DNA from: Candidatus Saccharimonadota bacterium
Lineage (GTDB): Bacteria; Pseudomonadota; Gammaproteobacteria; Enterobacterales; Enterobacteriaceae
DNA: 9,229 bases
NCBI RefSeq assembly: GCF_012571345.1
Contig: NZ_CP046218.1
Span: 412,933-422,161 of the forward strand
Direction of reading: 5' to 3'
The position numbers and the translations under genes are program-made. The number at the start of each line of letters is the position of its first letter. Position 1 is the first letter of the stretch. Under the pieces are notes generated by a model. That model made no database searches and was not told the DNA's origin. It saw only the letters and a program-made list of their open reading frames with translations. Shown one piece after another: positions 7,058-9,229 of this stretch.

Positions 7058-8437
7058 ATGTTTAAGTTTTTAAGTAAAAAATTATATAAAACATTTTCTA
7101 AAATTAAAAATTATGGACGATTAACAGAAACTCATATAAAAAATATATTAGATGAAATGTATCAAAATTTATTAGAAGCTGATGTTGCGTTAATAGTCAT
7201 CCAATATTTTTTAAAAGATATTAAAAAACATATTATTGGTAAAAAAATTAATAATAGTTTTACTCCTGGACAAGAATTTTTAAAATTAGTTAAAGAAAGA
7301 TTAACAGAATTATTAGGATCCGAACAAAATAATATTAATTTTGCAACAAAACCACCTGCTATTATAATGTTTACAGGATTACAAGGTACTGGGAAAACAA
7401 CTAGTGCGATTAAATTAGCATACTTTTTAAAAAAAAAATATAATAAAAAAGTTATAGTAACATCATTAGATATTTATAGACCTGCAGCTTTAGAACAATT
7501 GAAAATTTTAGCAGAAAAAATTAAAATTGATTTTTATCAAATAAAACAGCATACTGATATAATGCAAATAACTAGATCGGTTTTACAACACGCTAAAATT
7601 TATTTATACGATATATTAATTGTAGATACAGCTGGAAGATTACATATTAATAACATTATGATGGAAGAGATCAAAAATATATATAATATTTTAAAACCTA
7701 TAGAAAATTTATTTATTGTAGATTCTATGTTAGGTCAAGATGCCATTATAAGTGCAAAAACATTTAATAATATTATACCCATTACAGGAATTTTTTTAAC
7801 TAAAGTAGATAGTGATGCAAGAGGTGGAGCTGCATTATCAGTTAAATATATAATAAAAAAACCGATTAAATTTATAGGTAATGGAGAAAAAATTAATCAA
7901 ATAGAAATTTTTAATGCAGAAACAATCGCACGAAAAATATTGGGTATGCGTAAAGAACTTCTTAATATTGATGAAATACAAAAAAAAATAGATGCTATCA
8001 AAAAACAAAATTTAATAAAAAATTTAAATAAAAAAACAACATTAAGTTTACATGATTTTTTAATACAATTAGAACAAATTAAAAAATTCGGTAGTAATAA
8101 TATTATGAATATTTTTCATAAACTTAATATTAATCAACAACAATATATTAATAATCCGATTATGAATATTATTCATGTTAAACAAGAAACAATCAAAAAT
8201 CTTAAAAATATTATTCATTCTATGACTAAATTCGAACAAAATAATATAGATATTTTAAATTTTTCTCGTAAAAAAAGAATATCTTTAGGATCAGGTATTG
8301 CTTTAAATAAAATTAATATGATACTTAAACAATATTATCAAGTAAAAATATTAACTAAAAAAATTAAAAATAATAGTAAAATAAAAAATATGTTTAATAA
8401 TATGGCTAATTTTTTAAATAAAAAACATAAAAAATAA
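7058..8437 (+). CDS. ffh: Signal recognition particle protein Ffh (SRP54 homologue), 459 aa
   Basis: The N domain has LLEADVAL. The GTPase motifs are GLQGTGKTT (G1), DTAGR (G3) and TKVDSDARGG (G4), followed by KPIKFIGNGEK. The M domain has the SRP-RNA-binding SRKKRISLGSG. TAGGA lies 6 nt upstream of the ATG. Confidence 0.95.
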   Translation: MFKFLSKKLYKTFSKIKNYGRLTETHIKNILDEMYQNLLEADVALIVIQYFLKDIKKHIIGKKINNSFTPGQEFLKLVKERLTELLGSEQNNINFATKPPAIIMFTGLQGTGKTTSAIKLAYFLKKKYNKKVIVTSLDIYRPAALEQLKILAEKIKIDFYQIKQHTDIMQITRSVLQHAKIYLYDILIVDTAGRLHINNIMMEEIKNIYNILKPIENLFIVDSMLGQDAIISAKTFNNIIPITGIFLTKVDSDARGGAALSVKYIIKKPIKFIGNGEKINQIEIFNAETIARKILGMRKELLNIDEIQKKIDAIKKQNLIKNLNKKTTLSLHDFLIQLEQIKKFGSNNIMNIFHKLNINQQQYINNPIMNIIHVKQETIKNLKNIIHSMTKFEQNNIDILNFSRKKRISLGSGIALNKINMILKQYYQVKILTKKIKNNSKIKNMFNNMANFLNKKHKK

Positions 8438-8451
8438 GGTATAGTAATATT

Positions 8452-8682
8452 ATGTTAAAAATCCGTTTATCACGACAAGGTGTTAAAAAAAAACCCTGTT
8501 ATAAAATTATTGTTGCAAACAGTAAAAAAGCTAGAGATGGACGTTTTATAGAAAAAATAGGTTTTTATCAACCTTTTAATATACAAAATAATATATCAAT
8601 AAATACAAAAAGAATACAATATTGGATCTCGCATGGTGCTATACTTTCTAAAAAAGTAAAATTTTTATTAAAATTAAAATAA
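8452..8682 (+). CDS. rpsP: 30S ribosomal protein S16 (bS16), 76 aa
   Basis: MLKIRLSRQGVKKKPCYKIIVANSKKARDGRFIEKIGFYQP aligns with E. coli [47 protein letters not shown] overlaps the ffh stop codon. The rpsP-rimM-trmD order is conserved. Confidence 0.95.
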   Translation: MLKIRLSRQGVKKKPCYKIIVANSKKARDGRFIEKIGFYQPFNIQNNISINTKRIQYWISHGAILSKKVKFLLKLK

Positions 8683-8700
8683 TTTGTCATACAATATCAA

Positions 8701-9213
8701 ATGATAATTTTAGGTAAATTTGGCTCTCTTTATGGTATTAAAGGATGGATTAAATTATTTTCTTATACAGAAAATCATGGTAATATTTTTTTATATAAAA
8801 ATCTATTTATTTTAGATCAATTAAATAAAAAACATTACATAAAATTTTATCAATATATTTATAAAAAAAAATTTTATATTACTCAAATTAATATTGATAA
8901 TAATATTATAAACAATCTAAACTTTAATTTAGTTAATAAAAATATTATGATACAATATAAAGATATTATTATATATAAAAAACCAAAAGAATATTATTGG
9001 TATGATATTATAAAATGTAAAATTACTAATACAGAGAATAACAATTTAGGTGTTGTTACTAATATTATTACTACTGGTATACATGATATATTAGAAGTAC
9101 AACAACATAATCATCAAAAAAAAATATATATTCCCTTTATCATGCAACAAATAATTAAAAAAATAGATTTATTAAAAAAGATTATTATAGTGCATTGGGA
9201 AACAATCATTTAA
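8701..9213 (+). CDS. rimM: Ribosome maturation factor RimM, 170 aa
   Basis: ILGKFGSLYGIKGWIKLFSYTE aligns with E. coli [22 protein letters not shown]. The PRC-barrel region EYYWYDIIKCKI...LGVVTNIITTGIHDILEV aligns with DYYWKDLMGCQV...LGKVVDMMETGSNDVLVI. The position after rpsP matches the conserved operon. Confidence 0.9.
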   Translation: MIILGKFGSLYGIKGWIKLFSYTENHGNIFLYKNLFILDQLNKKHYIKFYQYIYKKKFYITQINIDNNIINNLNFNLVNKNIMIQYKDIIIYKKPKEYYWYDIIKCKITNTENNNLGVVTNIITTGIHDILEVQQHNHQKKIYIPFIMQQIIKKIDLLKKIIIVHWETII

Positions 9214-9215
9214 AC

Positions 9216-9229
9216 ATGACAATTATGAT
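9216..9229 (+). CDS. trmD: Probable 5' end of trmD (tRNA m1G37 methyltransferase), truncated by the window edge
   Basis: ATG lies 2 nt after the rimM stop, and only 14 nt (M T I M ..) are visible. The call rests almost entirely on the conserved rpsP-rimM-trmD-rplS operon order, not on sequence similarity. Confidence 0.3.

Noticed and set aside
1-9229. Novel defence, toxin, mobile or CRISPR-like system anywhere in the window
   Set aside because: Every ORF of at least 60 aa is either a well-conserved housekeeping gene or a shadow ORF. There are no repeat-spacer arrays, no integrase or transposase, and no compositional island, since coding G+C is uniform. Claiming a new system here would not be supported by the sequence.
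1-9229. Alternative genetic code (UGA as Trp, as in some tiny symbiont genomes)
   Set aside because: Conserved Trp positions are encoded by TGG (for example NrdA W19 and NrdB FFWRPEE). All seven complete genes end with TAA at the lengths expected from homology, so the standard code 11 fits.

Overview
This window is about 20% G+C in genes and about 11% in non-coding DNA, is tightly packed, and uses TAA for every stop. Its proteins are close in sequence to E. coli orthologues as I recall them. That profile fits the reduced genome of an Enterobacterales-derived obligate (insect-type) endosymbiont, in the style of Wigglesworthia, Blochmannia or Buchnera. I cannot name the taxon from sequence alone. 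Layout, left to right: (1) a 1.17-kb gene-free spacer (1-1171); (2) nrdA-nrdB, class Ia ribonucleotide reductase, plus strand; (3) a hairpin between convergent genes; (4) ybgI (Nif3 family) followed by a YdgI/ArcD-like APC amino-acid antiporter, minus strand, 27-nt gap; (5) a 184-bp divergent promoter region; (6) ffh-rpsP-rimM and the first 14 nt of probable trmD, plus strand, with gaps of 14, 18 and 2 nt. All seven complete genes are housekeeping genes with catalytic motifs intact. I see no mobile element, CRISPR array, tRNA or rRNA, toxin or defence cassette, or novel multi-gene system, and I do not want to invent one. Seven things deserve a second look. (a) The oversized spacer, which has internal compositional structure. 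(b) A G-containing 9-mer, TTGTGTATA, that occurs at both ends of the spacer. At nrdA it forms a perfect DnaA-box consensus inside a plausible sigma70 promoter and overlaps a 16-bp palindrome. (c) Substitutions at two NrdA ATP-cone histidines that I recall as mattering for dATP feedback inhibition. (d) nrdAB without yfaE. (e) A retained antiporter in a newly formed operon with ybgI. (f) A methionine-depleted Ffh M domain. (g) Many in-frame 9-10 nt poly(A) tracts in essential genes.
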